Shown here: positions 46,951 to 57,587 of the stretch, piece by piece
Layout: each line of letters begins with the position of its first letter
Position numbering within the stretch: position 1 is the stretch's first letter
Assembly: GCA_027339965.1 (NCBI GenBank)
Contig: DAHWNL010000016.1
Span: 1 to 64,000, forward strand
Direction: 5' to 3'
Length of the DNA stretch: 64,000 bases
Source: Granulicella sp.
Lineage (GTDB): Bacteria > Acidobacteriota > Terriglobia > Terriglobales > Acidobacteriaceae
The notes under the pieces: model-generated
Told to the model about the DNA's origin: nothing
What the model saw: the letters and a program-made list of their open reading frames with translations, nothing else
The model's database searches: none
Position numbers and translations under genes: made by a program

Positions 46951-48177
46951 CTAGCCGCCGATCGCCACCAGCCCGGACTCCTCGGCCACGGTCCTCTTCA
47001 ACTGCCCACAGGCCGCGTAAATATCCCGGCCTCGCGGCCGCCGGATGTACGTCGCCACTCCCCCGTCGATCAACGTCTTCTGGAAGACCCCCACGTCCTC
47101 CGGCTCGGGCTGACGGTACCCCATCCCCGGTCCCGGATTCCACACAATCAGGTTCACCTTGGCTCGCATCCCCTTCAGCAGGCGCAGCACCTCCTGCGCA
47201 TGCTGCGGCTGGTCGTTGATTCCACCCAGCAGAACGTACTCGAACGTCACCCACTCCCTGGTTCGCAGCGGAATCTTTCTCACCGCCTCCAGCAGTTGCG
47301 CAATCTTCCACTTGTTGGTGATGGGCATAATCTCCGAGCGCACCTGGTCATTGCTCGCATTCAGGCTGAGAGCCAGCTTGGGCCGCAGCGTTTCGCGAGC
47401 GAAGGCCTCGATCCCCGGCAAAACTCCGCTGGTGGAGACCGTCATCCGCGATTCGGGAACTCCAACTCCCTCCACCAGCAAGCGGACTGCCTTCATAAAT
47501 TCGCTATAGTTCAAAAACGGCTCACCCATGCCCATAAAGACCAGGTTGATGCGGTCCTTGCCCACCTGAATTCGCTGCCGGTTGAGCACCGCCGCAACCT
47601 GCCCGGCGATCTCCCCGGCGGTCAGGTTGCGCCGAATCCCCAGCCTGGCGGTGAGGCAGAACTGACAGTGCACCGCGCATCCCACCTGGCTGGAGATGCA
47701 AATGGTCGCCCGGCGGAAGCCATTCTCCGCCAGCGTTCCGAAGTTTGACCGGTCGCGCCCGTTCGCCCTCCGCTCCCAGAAGGAACGCTTCAGGCCCGAA
47801 ACAGCTTCCACAGCCGTCTCCACGTCGCCTGCCTCCTCTTCGGCCGCCTCGCTTCCGTCGCCGCGCTCCCCGCCGTCCCCATCCGGCATCCACACGGTCT
47901 CAACCGTCTCACCGTCCGCCATCCGCACCAGATACCGCTCCGTGCCATCCACGCTCACCGCGGTCTGCGCCATCATCGGCAGCCCCACATCCCACCCGGC
48001 CGTACTCAACTGCTGGCGCAAAGACTCCGGCAGTGTGGTCACCGCATCTAGCGAGGTCAGACGCTGCCGGTAAATCGCCTCAAAGAGCTGCCGCGCTCGA
48101 TACGGCTTCTGCCCCAGCGCTCCCATGAGCCCGGTCAACTCGGTCAGGTCCATGCCAAAGAGGGCGCGCGTCTCCAT
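46951..48177 (-). CDS. rlmN: 23S rRNA A2503 / tRNA A37 C2-methyltransferase RlmN
   Basis: CISSQVGCAVHCQFC radical SAM motif, FMGMGEP, STSG, FEYVLL..IND, AACGQL. Confidence 0.95.
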   Translation of the reverse strand: METRALFGMDLTELTGLMGALGQKPYRARQLFEAIYRQRLTSLDAVTTLPESLRQQLSTAGWDVGLPMMAQTAVSVDGTERYLVRMADGETVETVWMPDGDGGERGDGSEAAEEEAGDVETAVEAVSGLKRSFWERRANGRDRSNFGTLAENGFRRATICISSQVGCAVHCQFCLTARLGIRRNLTAGEIAGQVAAVLNRQRIQVGKDRINLVFMGMGEPFLNYSEFMKAVRLLVEGVGVPESRMTVSTSGVLPGIEAFARETLRPKLALSLNASNDQVRSEIMPITNKWKIAQLLEAVRKIPLRTREWVTFEYVLLGGINDQPQHAQEVLRLLKGMRAKVNLIVWNPGPGMGYRQPEPEDVGVFQKTLIDGGVATYIRRPRGRDIYAACGQLKRTVAEESGLVAIGG

Positions 48178-48208
48178 CCCTTCAGTTTACTTCCCCTACA
48201 ATCGCTCC

Positions 48209-48619
48209 ATGCCCCAGCCCGGCACCTCTACCCGAACCAGCGCAGAACTTCAAACTGTTCTCGAGGAACTCATCGGCCGCGAGCCTATCTTCCATCGCCC
48301 GGACCGCCCCACCACCATGGCGCCAAGCTACTGGGAGGTGGGCGCCTCCGGCCGCCGCTACAGCCGCGAGTTCATTCTTCAGCACCTGGCAGCGTCTCCT
48401 CCCGCAGACGCCGTTCAGGCCGGCTGGCAGACCTCAGGCCACGCTGTCCTTCGCCTGAGCGCCGACACGTACCTCTTCACCTACACCCTTCGTCAATCCG
48501 AGCGCCTGACCCGCCGCGCAACGATCTGGCGACAAACCTTATCTGGATGGCAAGTTCTGTTTCACCAGGGCACGATCGTCAGCGCCGACGAGGATGATGT
48601 GGCGCCTGCGCAATCATGA
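48209..48619 (+). CDS. NTF2-like / DUF4440 family protein
   Basis: WEVGASGRRYSR, RRATIW....WQVLFHQGT. Confidence 0.75.
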   Translation: MPQPGTSTRTSAELQTVLEELIGREPIFHRPDRPTTMAPSYWEVGASGRRYSREFILQHLAASPPADAVQAGWQTSGHAVLRLSADTYLFTYTLRQSERLTRRATIWRQTLSGWQVLFHQGTIVSADEDDVAPAQS

Positions 48620-48632
48620 AACAATAGGCGGG

Positions 48633-49961
48633 ATGCCCATCTCCGTTCCCGTCGCCGAGAATGCGACCGTCTCCGCCTCCGCTCCCCACCTGCGTGACAT
48701 CCGCACCACAACCCTTCCCAACGGCCTTCTGGTCATCACGGAGCGCATGCCCCACCTCCGCTCCATCGCTATGGGTGCCTGGATCGACTCCGGCTCTCGC
48801 GACGAGTCTCTGGAGGTGAACGGAATCTCTCACTTCATCGAGCACATGGTCTTCAAAGGAACCACCACGCGCTCCGCCCAGCAGTTTGCCCGCGAGGTGG
48901 ACTCCATCGGCGGCAATCTGGACGCCTTCACCGGCAAGGAGACGATCTGCTTCAGTATCAAGGTCCTGGACCAGAACGTGGCGGCTGCGCTGGATCTGAT
49001 TGCAGACCTGGTCCTCCACCCCACCTTTACCCCGGAAGACATCGCCCGCGAGCAGGGAGTCATTCTGGAAGAGATCAGGATGGATGAGGACAATCCTGAT
49101 TACCTGGTCCACGAACTCTTTACTCGCAACTTCTGGCCCAAAGACGCTCTGGGCCGGCCCATCCTGGGAACGGCTTCCTCCGTCTCCAGCTTCACGCAGC
49201 CGATCGTGCGCTGCGAGTACTCGCGTCGCTTCACCCCGGCAAACATGATCTTCTCGGCCGCCGGAAATCTGCAGCACGAAGCGTTCGTGGCCCAGGTCGC
49301 AGCATCTTTCGCCTCCCTCGCCCCAGGGGGTGCCGAGAAGATGGCCCGCTCCCACAGCCCAAGCCCCTCGCCGCACATCACGCTGCGGAGAAAGAGATCC
49401 CTGGAGCAGGTTCAGCTCTGCCTGGCGGTTGCCGCGCCCCCGGTGGCCTCGCCGCTGCGCTACACGGCTTATCTGCTGAACTCGATTCTGGGTGGCGGTA
49501 TGAGCTCGCGGCTCTTCCAGTCCATTCGCGAAGAACGCGGCCTGGCTTATAGCATCTTCTCCGAACTCAATCCCTTCCGCGATACGGGCTCGCTGGCCGT
49601 CTATGCCGGCTGTTCGCCGGCAAATACGCGCCAGGTACTGGACCTCACGCTCGCCGATCTGACCCGCATCAAGAAACACGCCGTAGCCGGCGAAGAGTTG
49701 CAGCGCGCCAAGTCGCAGTTCAAAGGCAACATGGTCCTCGGCCTGGAGACCTCCGGCTCGCGCATGTCTTCCCTGGCGCGCCAGCAGATGTACTGGGGCC
49801 GGTTCTTTTCCCTCGATGAGATCACCGCCGCCATCGACGCGGTAACCGCGGAGGATATTCAGGCCCTGGCCAATCAGCTCTTTCAGCCCCAGCATCTGGC
49901 CCTGACTCTGCTTGGGAATCTCGGCTCACTCAAGCTGAACCGGACCGACCTTGGCTGCTAG
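48633..49961 (+). CDS. M16 family zinc metallopeptidase
   Basis: GSRDE, HFIEH, LGGGMSSRLFQ.IRE.RGLAY. Confidence 0.93.
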   Translation: MPISVPVAENATVSASAPHLRDIRTTTLPNGLLVITERMPHLRSIAMGAWIDSGSRDESLEVNGISHFIEHMVFKGTTTRSAQQFAREVDSIGGNLDAFTGKETICFSIKVLDQNVAAALDLIADLVLHPTFTPEDIAREQGVILEEIRMDEDNPDYLVHELFTRNFWPKDALGRPILGTASSVSSFTQPIVRCEYSRRFTPANMIFSAAGNLQHEAFVAQVAASFASLAPGGAEKMARSHSPSPSPHITLRRKRSLEQVQLCLAVAAPPVASPLRYTAYLLNSILGGGMSSRLFQSIREERGLAYSIFSELNPFRDTGSLAVYAGCSPANTRQVLDLTLADLTRIKKHAVAGEELQRAKSQFKGNMVLGLETSGSRMSSLARQQMYWGRFFSLDEITAAIDAVTAEDIQALANQLFQPQHLALTLLGNLGSLKLNRTDLGC

Positions 49962-50190
49962 CGAACAGTGTTCGGCCTTCCAACTCTATCTCCCCGCGCC
50001 CACCAGGAAGAGCTCTGCATGGCTCCGGCGGCCCAGAAGGCAGCGGCAAGCGCGGGGACGAGGCGAGCCGGACCTTTTACTCCATCCAGCCGAATCGGCC
50101 CCGACGGGAGATGCTGCCATCCCAACGCCGGAAGCGTCTATACTCTGAAACTGGAAGATCTGAGCGCACCTGCGGCTCTTCGAGGCATTC

Positions 50191-50694
50191 ATGAACACTT
50201 CTACCCATCGTCACGAGTCCGGCTTCACGCTGGTTGAGCTGCTGATCGTCATGTCGGTGATTCTGATCCTGCTGACACTGGCCATCCCCGCCATGCAGTC
50301 GGTCATTCGCCGCGGCAATGAGACCTCGGCGATCACCAGTCTGCGCATGCTCAATGAGATGGAAGGCCAATACAACTCCACCTATCCGCAGCACGGCTTT
50401 GCCTGTTCACTGACCGCTCTGGGAGGCAAAATCGGCTCCGGGCCACCCACCGCCGAGTCCGCGCAACTGATCCCTGACGACCTTGCCAGCGGGCATAAGG
50501 CAGGCTATACCTTCACCATTAGCAACTGCGCCAAGACCACCATCAACAATGTGGATCAGTACAACAGCTACCAGATCACGGCCGTGCCCAACTCAGTAGG
50601 CCATAGCGGCAACCGCGGCTTCTGCACCGACGAGAACGGCGAGATTCGCTACGATCCCAAGGGTGGAACCAACTGCACAGAGCTGCTGCAATAA
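50191..50694 (+). CDS. Type IV pilin-like protein
   Basis: Class III signal SG|FTLVELLIV; C-terminal Cys residues. Confidence 0.88.
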   Translation: MNTSTHRHESGFTLVELLIVMSVILILLTLAIPAMQSVIRRGNETSAITSLRMLNEMEGQYNSTYPQHGFACSLTALGGKIGSGPPTAESAQLIPDDLASGHKAGYTFTISNCAKTTINNVDQYNSYQITAVPNSVGHSGNRGFCTDENGEIRYDPKGGTNCTELLQ

Positions 50695-50714
50695 AACCGC
50701 TGCCGATACCCCGC

Positions 50715-50748
50715 ACCTGAGGCCGTCGAATGGCGGCCTCAGGTCTTT
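50715..50748 (+). terminator. Probable intrinsic terminator
   Basis: ACCTGAGGCCGTC-gaat-GGCGGCCTCAGGT followed by short CTTT. Confidence 0.65.
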
Positions 50749-51099
50749 GCTCTGACAACTCGGCCTGCGCCGTCCGCTCACCGACGAGGCTTGAGCGGGT
50801 TTGGCAGCCTTAGCCGAAAAGGGCTCGGAGAGGTGTCGACGACGGAGATCCCCAGAGATCGGCAGCGGAGACAGCGGCAGCTCAAAATCGCTGCCAAAGG
50901 AATCGACAACTCAGAAGTCGGTAACCCAAGGCGATCTCGCTGCGTCCCACCATCGTGCCGCTCTTCGTCCTCCGTCTACCCCTTCCTTTGACCTGTTGAC
51001 CGCTTCCAGATGATCTAATAAGGAGATTGAACCTCCGGTCTGCCCCTTGGAGGGCAGCGGCATATCCGGCGCACGCTCAACCCTCAGGAGAGGAAGTAC

Positions 51100-52731
51100 A
51101 TGACTGACCGCATCGCTCCGCTGGCCTCCCGCCCAGCATGGAAGGCACTTCAGCAGCACGCCGACACCCTCCGTCCCCAGCATCTGCGCGACATCTTCCA
51201 GGCTGACCCCTCGCGCGGCAGCCGCTTCACGGCCCAGGCCTGCGGCCTCTTTCTGGACTACTCCAAGAACCGCATCACCGACGAAACCTTGAAGCTGCTG
51301 ATCGAACTGGCCCATCAGTCCGGCCTGCGCGAGCGCGCCGAGGCCATGTTTACGGGAAAAAAGATCAACACCACGGAGAATCGCGCCGTGCTCCATGTGG
51401 CCCTGCGCGCGCCACGATCGGAGTCCATCCTGGTGGACGGCGAGGATGTTGTTCCTGGCGTTCACCAGGTTCTGGACAAGATGGCCGCCTTCGCGGAGCA
51501 GATTCGCTCCGGCGCGTGGCTTGGATACACCGGGAAGCCGATCCGGAATATCGTCAACATCGGCATCGGCGGCTCTGACCTGGGCCCGGTGATGGCCTAC
51601 GAGGCTCTGCGTCATTACTCCCGGCGCGATCTCAACTTCCGCTTCGTCTCCAACGTCGATGGCACGGACTTTGCCGAGGCCGTGCGCGACTTCCATCCGG
51701 AAGAGACCCTCTTCCTGGTGGCCTCCAAGACCTTCACCACGCTTGAAACCATGACCAACGCCCACTCTGCCCGGGCCTGGACACTGGGCCGGCTCAAACA
51801 GACCGAGGCAATCGCCCGCCACTTCGCGGCCATCTCCACCAACGCCGAAGCCGTGACTAAGTTCGGGATCGACACCGCCAACATGTTTGGCTTCTGGGAC
51901 TGGGTCGGCGGACGCTACTCCATGGATTCAGCCATCGGCCTTTCGACCATGATCGCCATTGGGCCGGAGAACTTCCGCTCCTTGCTGGAGGGCTTCCACG
52001 CCATGGATGTTCACTTCCGGACCGCGCCCCTGGAGAAGAACCTCCCTGCGCTGCTCGGGCTGCTCACCGTCTGGTACACGAACTTCTTCCATGCCCAGAC
52101 CGTGGCCATCCTGCCCTATGAGCAGTATCTCAAGCGCTTCCCCGCCTACCTGCAGCAACTGACCATGGAGTCCAACGGCAAGCACGTCACCCTGGATGGT
52201 ACTGAGGTACAGGCCGATACCGGTCCCATCTACTGGGGCGAACCCGGCACCAACGGCCAGCACTCCTTCTACCAGCTCATTCATCAGGGTACCCGGCTGA
52301 TTCCTTGCGACTTCATCGGCTTTTACAAGAGCATCAACCCACTGGGCCGGCATCACGACATGCTGATGGCCAACGTCTTCGCCCAGGCCGAGGCGCTGGC
52401 CTTCGGCAAGACGGCCGCGGAGGTTCGCGCCGAAGGCGTCCCCGAGCCGCTGGTTCCCCATAAGGTCTTCGCCGGAAACCGCCCCTCGAACATCCTTCTG
52501 GCGGAACGCCTCACCCCCTACACGCTGGGTACGCTGGTGGCTCTTTACGAACACTCCGTCTTCACCCAGGGAGCGATCTGGTCGATCGACTCCTTTGACC
52601 AGTGGGGCGTCGAACTCGGCAAGGTCCTGGCCCAACGAATTCTGGGTGAGATCGAATCTCCCTCCGAGCCGTCTTTGGCGCACGATACCTCCACTTCCAA
52701 TCTGGTCCGGCTTTATCGAAGCCAAAGGTAG
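51100..52731 (+). CDS. pgi: Glucose-6-phosphate isomerase
   Basis: [45 protein letters not shown]. Confidence 0.97.
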   Translation: MTDRIAPLASRPAWKALQQHADTLRPQHLRDIFQADPSRGSRFTAQACGLFLDYSKNRITDETLKLLIELAHQSGLRERAEAMFTGKKINTTENRAVLHVALRAPRSESILVDGEDVVPGVHQVLDKMAAFAEQIRSGAWLGYTGKPIRNIVNIGIGGSDLGPVMAYEALRHYSRRDLNFRFVSNVDGTDFAEAVRDFHPEETLFLVASKTFTTLETMTNAHSARAWTLGRLKQTEAIARHFAAISTNAEAVTKFGIDTANMFGFWDWVGGRYSMDSAIGLSTMIAIGPENFRSLLEGFHAMDVHFRTAPLEKNLPALLGLLTVWYTNFFHAQTVAILPYEQYLKRFPAYLQQLTMESNGKHVTLDGTEVQADTGPIYWGEPGTNGQHSFYQLIHQGTRLIPCDFIGFYKSINPLGRHHDMLMANVFAQAEALAFGKTAAEVRAEGVPEPLVPHKVFAGNRPSNILLAERLTPYTLGTLVALYEHSVFTQGAIWSIDSFDQWGVELGKVLAQRILGEIESPSEPSLAHDTSTSNLVRLYRSQR

Positions 52732-52841
52732 GTGGACGTTCCTCGACGGCAACCGGTTTGAGACGATTACCAGCATCTTTTGCGGCTGGACTCTCGAATA
52801 TCGACCAATCATGTCCGGCAAATAATTGCATCGAAATGGTT

Positions 52842-52856
52842 GTGCGTTTATCGTAG
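52842..52856. promoter_or_regulatory. PcaR/PobR-like operator GTGCGTTTATCGTAG
   Basis: 12/15 match to the PcaR-type box GTGCGATTATCGAAC as I recall it; directly upstream of a PcaR-like gene. Confidence 0.5.
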
Positions 52857-52920
52857 AAATGGAGCGGCCATCGCTTGGAATCCTTGAATGCCAGGCGATG
52901 GCCCTGCCTGGAGCCTTTCG

Positions 52921-53772
52921 ATGACGCCTCGATTGTCAATCGCCGCAGCGACCTCTTCGCCGACGGCTCCCGCCAAAGCCAAGATCCTCCCCGGCGTCGC
53001 CCTGGATTCCTACACTGGAGACCCGAACTTCATGGCCTCGCTGGCCCGAGGCCTTGTGGTGATTGAAGCCTTCACGCCCCAGTCGCCGCAGATGACCATC
53101 TCGCAGCTCTCCCAGCGCACAGGCCTCTCCCGAGCGGCTGTGCGCCGCTGCCTTTATACCCTGGTCAAGCTGGGCTTTGCCGGGGCCGATGAGTCCCAGC
53201 GTTACTCTTTGCGCCCCAAGATGCTCTCCCTGGCCAACACCTACACCGCGTCCAGCACCTTGGCCAACGCCGCCCAACCGATCCTGGAACGGATGTCCAA
53301 CACCTACCATGAGAGCTTCTCGGTCGCCACGCTGGACGGCGACCAGATTGTTTACATCGCGCGCAGCAGCGTCACGCGCGTGATGTCCGTGGATCTGCAC
53401 ATCGGTTCTCGCCTGCCTGCCTTCTGCACCAGCATGGGGCGCGTCCTGCTCGCCTACCTCCCCCAGGATCAGCTCGAGGCCACACTCTCGCATCTGGTGC
53501 TCACCCAGTACACGCCACGCACCATCAGCTCCATCGACAAACTGCGTCTGGCGCTGCGCAACGTCCGGCGCAACGGCTATGCCCTGGTGGACCAGGAGTA
53601 TGAGATCGGCCTCCGCTCCATCGCTGTACCCATCTACGCGGGCAACGGCCGTGTGGTCGCCGTGGTGAACCTGAGTGGCCATGCCCCGCGCATCCCCATG
53701 TTGGAGATGCAGACCCGCTTCCTGCCTCCGCTGCGTGCGGCTGCCGCCGAACTCAGCGTCTTCCTGCGCTGA
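52921..53772 (+). CDS. IclR-family regulator, PcaR/PobR subfamily
   Basis: SLARGL.VIEAF, TGLSRAAVRRCL.TL, GSRLPAFCTSMGRVLLA, DQEYEIGLRSIAVP. Confidence 0.9.
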   Translation: MTPRLSIAAATSSPTAPAKAKILPGVALDSYTGDPNFMASLARGLVVIEAFTPQSPQMTISQLSQRTGLSRAAVRRCLYTLVKLGFAGADESQRYSLRPKMLSLANTYTASSTLANAAQPILERMSNTYHESFSVATLDGDQIVYIARSSVTRVMSVDLHIGSRLPAFCTSMGRVLLAYLPQDQLEATLSHLVLTQYTPRTISSIDKLRLALRNVRRNGYALVDQEYEIGLRSIAVPIYAGNGRVVAVVNLSGHAPRIPMLEMQTRFLPPLRAAAAELSVFLR

Positions 53773-53879
53773 AGATCTTCCCTGCCGGCCTGGCCCAGCG
53801 CCCGACCCGGGATGGGCGTAGCGCCGCTCGCCAGCGGCGAAGTCTTGCCAAGAGCTCCTCTTGCTCAACCCTCATCACC

Positions 53880-53923
53880 ATTACAAATCTCTTACACGCG
53901 CCGGCCCGGCACCCGAGTATCGT
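53880..53923 (+). promoter_or_regulatory. Direct repeat ATTACA-N5-CTTACA (OmpR-family-type box) 21 bp upstream of candidate -10 TATCGT
   Basis: 11-bp period repeat read directly; upstream of desaturase and TCS genes. Confidence 0.45.
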
Positions 53924-53966
53924 CTTCAATAAGGACTCGGAGAGTCCAGACTTCCTGCCAAGGACA

Positions 53967-54956
53967 ATGATGCCAGCGATGAATTCAACCCTACTCGACG
54001 TTGAAACCGGAGCGGCTACCCCTGCCGGCGCTCTGCTTGCCGTTCAAGAGATCCAGATCAAAATCAAGCAGGATCTCCGCATGGGCCGCCAGTATCAGCA
54101 GGGCCGGATCAACTGGATCACGGCCGTTGCCATGGGCCTTTTCCACCTCGGCGCGCTGGCCGCCCTGTTCTTCTTCTCCTGGAAGAATCTGGCTGCCTTT
54201 TGCATCATGTACTTCTTTGCCATCAATGTGGGAATCGGCATGGCCTACCACCGTCTGCTGACGCACCGCGGCTACAAGACGCCGGCATGGCTGGAGTACC
54301 TGATCACCGCCTGCGGCTGTCTTGCCCTGGAAGGCGGTCCCATCTTCTGGGTGGCCACTCATCGAGTCCATCATCAGAACTCTGACCAGGAGGGCGACCC
54401 TCACACCCCCCATGAGGGCACCTGGTGGGCACACGCCGGCTGGATCCTCTCCGGCCGGGCGCTGCACTCGGAGACGGCTCTGCTGGGCCGCTACGCTCCA
54501 GACCTGACCCGCGACCGCGTCCACGTTTGGCTCTCCAAGTATCACTACGTCCCCTTGATCGTCACCGGGCTGGCCCAACTCGCCCTTGGCGCAGCGCTCG
54601 CCCCCGGCCATCGCATCGCCGGCGCCATCGGCATGGTGCTGTGGGGAACCTTCCTTCGCGTTACGATTGGCCTCCACGCCACATGGCTGGTCAACTCCGC
54701 AACGCACATGTGGGGCAAACGCCGCTTTGAAACCAAGGACGACTCACGCAACAACTGGTGGGTGGCCCTGCTCACCGGCGGCGAAGGTTGGCATAACAAC
54801 CACCACGCCCACCCCGTGAGCGCCCGTCACGGCCTCACCTGGTACGAGTTCGATATCAACTACTATGGCATCTGGCTGCTCTCCAAAGTCGGCCTCGCCC
54901 GGAAGGTCCAGATCGCCAAGTTCGACCCCGCTGATCCCAGGCCCGCCGGGGTGTAG
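53967..54956 (+). CDS. Acyl-lipid/acyl-CoA delta-9 fatty acid desaturase
   Basis: His boxes HRLLTH, HRVHH, HNNHH; NSATH; GEGW. Confidence 0.93.
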   Translation: MMPAMNSTLLDVETGAATPAGALLAVQEIQIKIKQDLRMGRQYQQGRINWITAVAMGLFHLGALAALFFFSWKNLAAFCIMYFFAINVGIGMAYHRLLTHRGYKTPAWLEYLITACGCLALEGGPIFWVATHRVHHQNSDQEGDPHTPHEGTWWAHAGWILSGRALHSETALLGRYAPDLTRDRVHVWLSKYHYVPLIVTGLAQLALGAALAPGHRIAGAIGMVLWGTFLRVTIGLHATWLVNSATHMWGKRRFETKDDSRNNWWVALLTGGEGWHNNHHAHPVSARHGLTWYEFDINYYGIWLLSKVGLARKVQIAKFDPADPRPAGV

Positions 54957-54993
54957 AACACCCCCATCATCCGGAACAGCATCATCAGAGATT

Positions 54994-55033
54994 GCAACCA
55001 GGCCACCCGGCAGCGCCGGGCGGGCCGGGTTGC
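54994..55033. other. GC-rich intergenic hairpin without U-tract between desaturase and kinase genes
   Basis: GCAACC.GGCC.CCCGGC-agc-GCCGGG..GGCC.GGTTGC. Confidence 0.55.
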
Positions 55034-55050
55034 TCTATGCTCGTTAATGC

Positions 55051-55977
55051 ATGAACCTTAACCGACGCCGCGGAGCCAAAGCGTTTTTCATCGCGCTGGG
55101 TGTGTGCCTCACCGCCGTGGCCATCATCCTCAACATCACCTGGATTCATCACAACAGCCGCCGCATCGCCATCGACTTTCTGGGCGTCGTTCTTTTCCTC
55201 ATCCTGATCGCCGGCCTGGTGCTGAACACCGTCTTTCTGGTCCGCGAGGTGCGCCGCAACGAGCGTCAGGACTCTTTTCTCAAGGCCGTCACCCACGAGC
55301 TCAAAACTCCTCTCGCCAGCATCCGTCTCTACCTGGACACCCTGGAGCGTCATCCCGGCGACGAACAGCAACGGCGGCGGTTTTACGCCATCATGCGGGA
55401 GGATAGCGACCGTCTGCTCGCCACCGTGGAGAGCGTCCTGAAGGCCGGAGAACTAGGTCAGCGCCATCGTATCCAGCAGCGCACCCGGGTTGAACTCTAT
55501 CCTCTGGTTGCCGAATGCATCTCCACCGTCCTGATTCGCCACCACCTGCCGCCGGACAACATCATCCTCCAGGAGATTCCGGGAAGTGTCCGGCTCTTCG
55601 TCCTGGCCAACATCGATGATCTTCGCACGGCCATCCTCAACCTGCTGGACAATGCCGTGAAATACTCTCCTCAGGGCGTCTGCGTCCACTGCAAACTGGC
55701 CATCGAACGTTATACCTGGGTGGTTCTCTCCATCTCCGACAACGGCCTTGGGCTTCTTCCCCGCGAGATAACGCGCATCTTCAAACGTTTCTACCGCGCC
55801 CCTTCCAACGATCAGGTTAAGATCAAAGGAACCGGTCTTGGTCTCTTCCTGGTCCGCACCATCGCCCGACAGCACGGTGGCAGCGTCCGCGCCATCAGCC
55901 AGGGACAGGGCAAGGGAAGCACGTTCCAGCTCAAACTTCCGCTCTCCATCGGCAACCCGCACTCCGACACACCATGA
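55051..55977 (+). CDS. Sensor histidine kinase (two TM helices with very short loop, HisKA + HATPase)
   Basis: THELKTPL, NLLDNAVKYS, DNGLG, F.RFYR, GTGLGL. Confidence 0.93.
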   Translation: MNLNRRRGAKAFFIALGVCLTAVAIILNITWIHHNSRRIAIDFLGVVLFLILIAGLVLNTVFLVREVRRNERQDSFLKAVTHELKTPLASIRLYLDTLERHPGDEQQRRRFYAIMREDSDRLLATVESVLKAGELGQRHRIQQRTRVELYPLVAECISTVLIRHHLPPDNIILQEIPGSVRLFVLANIDDLRTAILNLLDNAVKYSPQGVCVHCKLAIERYTWVVLSISDNGLGLLPREITRIFKRFYRAPSNDQVKIKGTGLGLFLVRTIARQHGGSVRAISQGQGKGSTFQLKLPLSIGNPHSDTP

Positions 55978-56672
55978 ACCTTACAAATATTCTTCTGCTA
56001 TGGAAGTTCTTTGCTCTCGCCTTCAGCGCGCTTCTTCCGCTGGTCAATCCCCTGGGCTCGGCGCTGCTCATCGTCGGCTTTGTGGGCTCCGTGCCCATCC
56101 ACCTTTATCAATCCCTGGCTCGGCGTATCGCCATCTATGTTCTCTTCTTCTTCGGCATCATTGAGGTCATCGGCTCGGCCATCCTCAACTTCTTCGGCGT
56201 CTCTCTGCCCATCATGCAGGTCTCCGGCGGACTGGTCATCGCGGCCATGGGCTGGGGGTTGCTCAATCAGAAGAGCACCACCTCCAGCACCGACGACAAA
56301 AAGTCTCAGGTTGAACCGGAAGACACCAACGCCATCTCCTCCTCTCTTTCTGAAAGGTCCTTCTACCCTTTTACCTTTCCGCTGACCGTCGGTCCGGGTT
56401 GCCTGGTCGTCACCCTCACGCTGAGCGCCAAGGCCACTCAAGGCAACCTCCCCAACACAATGTTCGCGCATGGCGGCATCTTCCTGGCCAGCATCGCCAT
56501 GAGCGCCATCATTTACATCACTTACGCCAACGCTCCTCGCATCACCAAGGCCATCTCGCCTTCCACGGCGCATGGCGTCCTGCGGGTCATTGCCTTCTTC
56601 CTGTTCTGCATCGGCGTACAGATCACCTGGACCGGCCTGAGCGAGTTGCTGACACACTTTCTTCACCACTAG
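55974..56672 (+). CDS. MarC family membrane protein
   Basis: LVNPLG, FFGVSLP..QVSGG, P.TFPLTVGPG, GVQI..G; ATGA overlap with kinase. Confidence 0.88.
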   Translation: MNLTNILLLWKFFALAFSALLPLVNPLGSALLIVGFVGSVPIHLYQSLARRIAIYVLFFFGIIEVIGSAILNFFGVSLPIMQVSGGLVIAAMGWGLLNQKSTTSSTDDKKSQVEPEDTNAISSSLSERSFYPFTFPLTVGPGCLVVTLTLSAKATQGNLPNTMFAHGGIFLASIAMSAIIYITYANAPRITKAISPSTAHGVLRVIAFFLFCIGVQITWTGLSELLTHFLHH

Positions 56673-56822
56673 GAATTCTCGTGAAAAGCAACAGTCTGGG
56701 TGGAAAGCCATCCGATCCACCGCCTGCCTCTGCCGCCGCTCCACCATGTGCCGCGTCTCGTCCACTGCTTCGGCGCTCCTTTCAACCAACCCGTCGTTCG
56801 GACCAATAACCTTCCTGCTCGC

Positions 56823-57587
56823 ATGACCCATCCCGGCCTCCTGATCGCTGTCATTGAAGACGAAGAGCACCTCGCCCAGGGCCTGCTCTTCAACCTGCAA
56901 GCTGAAGGTTACCGCACCCACCATGAGGCCGACGGCGGGGCTGCGCTGCGCTGGCTGCTGCAGGCCACCAGCGCCGCATCCGGAGATCAGCCTGCCGCCA
57001 TTCTGCTGGACGTCATGCTGCCCGGGCGCGACGGCTTCTCCATCGTGAGTGCGCTTCGCCAGTCTGGCTGCTACACCCCGGTTCTGATTCTGACGGCGCG
57101 AGGCCGCAGCGAAGATATCGTCGCCGGCTTCGCCGCCGGCGCCGACGACTACCTCCCCAAGCCCTTCGACCTGGACGTCCTGATGGCTCGCCTTTCCGCC
57201 CTGCTGCGGCGCATGCACTGGCACAAGGCCATTCCTGCAAACGCGCCGGCACCCACGACCGGAACCGAAATCACCCTGGCCGGCCACATCATCAACCTGG
57301 ACACGCTGGAGATTCGCCCCCTTCATCCCCAGAGCCCTGACGCCAAAACCATCCATCTCACCCTGATGGAGGCCGAACTTCTACGTTATCTGTTGGACCA
57401 TCCAGGCAAGGTGATCTCCCGCTCCGAACTGCTGGAAAATGTCTGGCACGTCCGCGAAGATACGGACACGCGGGCCATCGACAACTTCATCGTCCGCCTG
57501 CGCCGCTACCTGGAACCAAACCCCGCCAAGCCGGTTCACCTGCTCACCATCCGCGCCGTCGGTTATCGCTTTCTTCCAGAGCCTTAA
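56823..57587 (+). CDS. OmpR/PhoB-family response regulator
   Basis: IEDE, LLDVMLP, LTAR, GADDYLPKPF, R.IDNFI.RLR, TIRAVGY. Confidence 0.93.
   Translation: MTHPGLLIAVIEDEEHLAQGLLFNLQAEGYRTHHEADGGAALRWLLQATSAASGDQPAAILLDVMLPGRDGFSIVSALRQSGCYTPVLILTARGRSEDIVAGFAAGADDYLPKPFDLDVLMARLSALLRRMHWHKAIPANAPAPTTGTEITLAGHIINLDTLEIRPLHPQSPDAKTIHLTLMEAELLRYLLDHPGKVISRSELLENVWHVREDTDTRAIDNFIVRLRRYLEPNPAKPVHLLTIRAVGYRFLPEP

Noticed and set aside
50750..51095. Gene or pseudogene between pilin and pgi
   Set aside because: Short ORFs without motifs or RBS support
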